Assembly: GCA_002162875.1 (NCBI GenBank)
Contig: MABA01000019.1
Coordinates: 1,506 to 41,505 of the forward strand
DNA from: Rhodobacterales bacterium 52_120_T64
GTDB lineage: Bacteria > Pseudomonadota > Alphaproteobacteria > Rhodobacterales > Rhodobacteraceae
Direction: 5' to 3'
Length of the DNA stretch: 40,000 nucleotides
Shown: positions 38,378 through 40,000 of the stretch, piece after piece
How the letters are laid out: every line of letters begins with the position of its first letter
Numbering within the stretch: the stretch's first letter is position 1
Translations under genes and position numbers: made by a program
The notes under the pieces: model-generated
The model's database searches: none
Told to the model about the DNA's origin: nothing
The model's input: the letters and a program-made list of their open reading frames with translations, nothing else

Positions 38378-39047
38378 AACCATTCTACCATCTTCAGAAA
38401 CCTGTGTTATGCGCTGGCAGCATGATTTGTGGATCAACATCATTCGTGCCGCCTTAGGAGATACCCCAAATATTGTTCCTCTCGATTATCACCTGGCATT
38501 CAAAAATCCATGTGTTAGCCGATACGGTGCCACGAGCCCGCATCTTCTGAAGTGGGTTGATACGTGGAATGACGGTAAGCCTTATGAGCAGCAGATCAAA
38601 CCGTTTGGGTTTTTAATGGCGTTTACTGCTAGGTCAGGGCCGCTAGCTAAACCGAAAAATCCGGAGGTTGTCGATCCTACGCAACGCGGTCGACCTCCAA
38701 AGCTACAAAAGATCAAACCAATTGCTCCATTTGATCTCGATAACATGTCTGCCGTCTCAAAAGCGTTTGACCGGGATACAGGCAAGGCCGTTTGTCGAGA
38801 TGAACTCAAGACATATGAAGAGGCTCTAGCGCAGTTCCATCTTAGTACTGAGGACAAGTTCCTGAACGGGGACTTTGTAAATGTCGGGGAAACCAGGCGG
38901 CGGCATATTGTTGTTTCAGATCTCGGGCTGATTGGGAAAGAAGCTAACAAGGTTGGTTCTAGTGGTGAGGCTGATCCGATCGCGATGGCTCAGGTTTCGT
39001 ACGGAAATACTGAACAACTTATTAATCAAAGTAAGTGCAAATTATAA
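38310..39047 (+). CDS. polB: Family B DNA polymerase, fragment 2 of 2 (C-terminal/thumb region) in the +1 frame
   Basis: The frame opens right after a stop at 38304-38306 as SSAHGLGHLMAPY... It has no Shine-Dalgarno sequence and no ATG of its own (the track uses the internal TTG 38331). It continues for 245 aa to TAA at 39045-39047. Confidence 0.7.
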   Translation, partial: SAHGLGHLMAPYTEDDAPDIGVETILPSSETCVMRWQHDLWINIIRAALGDTPNIVPLDYHLAFKNPCVSRYGATSPHLLKWVDTWNDGKPYEQQIKPFGFLMAFTARSGPLAKPKNPEVVDPTQRGRPPKLQKIKPIAPFDLDNMSAVSKAFDRDTGKAVCRDELKTYEEALAQFHLSTEDKFLNGDFVNVGETRRRHIVVSDLGLIGKEANKVGSSGEADPIAMAQVSYGNTEQLINQSKCKL

Positions 39048-39084
39048 GTTGGGAGTATTTGGAATGTCCAGTTGTCCATCAGGA

Positions 39085-39123
39085 ATGCGGCTCCAATTCG
39101 ATATAGAGAAACGGGAGCAACGG
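39085..39123. repeat. Right copy of gapped direct repeat ATGCGGCTCC-(16 nt)-ACGGGAGCAACGG
   Basis: See the left copy at 33752-33773. This copy lies 38 nt after the polB stop. Confidence 0.3.
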
Positions 39124-39253
39124 TGAGTAGGCTATCCGTCAAAATGAAAAAAAGTGTATATGCTGAGCGATGATTTCAACGATGGCATTGCAATCATGGA
39201 TAGAAACTGCTTTTCAGTATTGTGCGGCTGTATAATCCGCAACGTACAGAAGG

Positions 39254-40000
39254 TTGAAAATTTTGAAAAGTCTTGCCAAGCATTTGAACGAGCCTGAGAC
39301 CATCATATTTGTAGGCTCGGGAGTGTCTCGATGGTCTGGCTTGCCTTCTTGGTCAGGAATGATTTCTGAACTTGCTGACTTTATGGACGAATCTGGCAAA
39401 AACTCTGAGCTTGTACGGAAAGAACAAAGTGACGGCGAACTTCTTCAGGCTGCTAGCTATGCTTTCGATCAACTGACACAACCACAAATTGGAGAGTTCA
39501 TTCGCCACTCCTGCCGCTATGGAACAGCAAAGCCCCATGAAATCCATAAGAAGATAGTTGAACTCGGCCCAACCAGCTTTGTAACAACGAACTATGATAA
39601 CCTCATTGAAGAAGCGCTACGTACATTTAGGCCGGATACATTTTTTGCTCCGCCTGTTACTAATTGCCATTTAAGTGAAATGGCAAGTGTGGCTCACGCC
39701 AAAAAATCAGGATTTATATTCAAACCTCACGGAGATGCATCCGACGCAAAAAGTATTATTCTTACTCGAGAGCAATATAGGAAGTTATTGCCTCAAGGCG
39801 AATGGAATCGCGCACTAGAGACCTTAAAAACGTTAATGATTAGTCGACCGGTTTTGTACGTGGGGTTTGGCCTAAGGGATCCAGATTTCCTGTATTTGAG
39901 AGATCTACTTACAAACACTTACGAAGGTGCTGTCCGAGATCACTACGCAATTTTGCCAGACATGAGTGAGCCGGAGATCGACTATTGGAGACGTGTCTGA
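39254..40000 (+). CDS. SIR2-like (SIR2_2 / defence-associated NADase-type) domain protein
   Basis: IIFVGSGVSRWSGLPSWSGMI, FVTTNYDNLIEEAL, FKPHGD...IILTREQY and PVLYVGFGLRDPDF follow the SIR2_2 motif order. The start is TTG 39254 or TTG 39263. An in-frame TGA occupies the last three bases of the window. Confidence 0.7.
   Translation: MKILKSLAKHLNEPETIIFVGSGVSRWSGLPSWSGMISELADFMDESGKNSELVRKEQSDGELLQAASYAFDQLTQPQIGEFIRHSCRYGTAKPHEIHKKIVELGPTSFVTTNYDNLIEEALRTFRPDTFFAPPVTNCHLSEMASVAHAKKSGFIFKPHGDASDAKSIILTREQYRKLLPQGEWNRALETLKTLMISRPVLYVGFGLRDPDFLYLRDLLTNTYEGAVRDHYAILPDMSEPEIDYWRRV

Larger units (their letters stand above)
33752..39094. mobile_element. Candidate casposon-like element core (cas1, HTH, HNH, polB); boundaries tentative
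   Basis: The gene content is stand-alone Cas1 plus family B polymerase plus HNH plus HTH. The composition is AT-richer. A 10-nt direct repeat and a gapped inverted repeat flank the module. Boundaries are not proven, and the element could extend beyond the window. Confidence 0.45.

Noticed and set aside
38331-39047. Treating the 238-aa ORF as an independent gene downstream of a complete polB
   Set aside because: The frame opens directly after a stop, and its first ATG is one codon after the internal TTG. It has no RBS. The upstream polB fragment would otherwise end about 30 aa after the KxY motif without a thumb domain. A single-base frameshift is the more parsimonious explanation.
39208-39236. 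Sigma70-type promoter for the SIR2 gene (TATAAT at 39231-39236)
   Set aside because: The -10 hexamer is perfect, but I found no acceptable -35 at 16-18 nt spacing. The TG is not positioned for an extended -10 either. It is left uncalled.
1-40000. Looked for a CRISPR array or cas2 to go with the cas1 homologue
   Set aside because: I found no series of 25-40-nt direct repeats with regular spacers anywhere in the window. No small Cas2-like ORF flanks cas1. The only simple repeats are the GGC-rich codons of the SSB glycine tail.

Overview
The window looks like an alphaproteobacterial chromosome segment. The marine Rhodobacterales-like assignment is low-confidence, inferred only from protein flavour and gene order. 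Positions 1-33,070 are ordinary, densely packed core genes: cysK (3' part), chaC, corC/hlyC-family, xerD, aroK-aroB, a radical-SAM gene, tRNA-Gly(CCC), ymdB-like, EamA and SLC13 transporters, yebC, a GCS2 ligase, ssb, uvrA, patatin, a LysR-controlled valine-catabolism cluster (mmsA, acyl-CoA dehydrogenase, hydrolase fused to mmsB), coaD and two cyclophilins. Two small AT-richer patches carry orphan Tad/Flp-like secreted proteins. One of them abuts the 3' end of the tRNA. After the ppiA terminator (about 33,075) the sequence becomes visibly AT-richer and the content turns accessory. It holds a lipoprotein gene and a stand-alone Cas1 homologue with no cas2 and no CRISPR array anywhere in the window. 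Divergent from cas1 is an HTH - HNH nuclease - family B DNA polymerase operon, followed by a SIR2_2-type (defence-type NADase-like) gene that ends at the window edge. Cas1 next to PolB with HNH and HTH genes is the signature of a casposon-like self-synthesizing element. This is the most interesting part of the window. The polymerase is split by a +1 frameshift. I could only find weak candidate termini: a 10-nt direct repeat beside a gapped inverted repeat. Mobility, boundaries and family assignment therefore remain unproven. All calls come from reading the supplied translations and sequence by eye. No database search was run.
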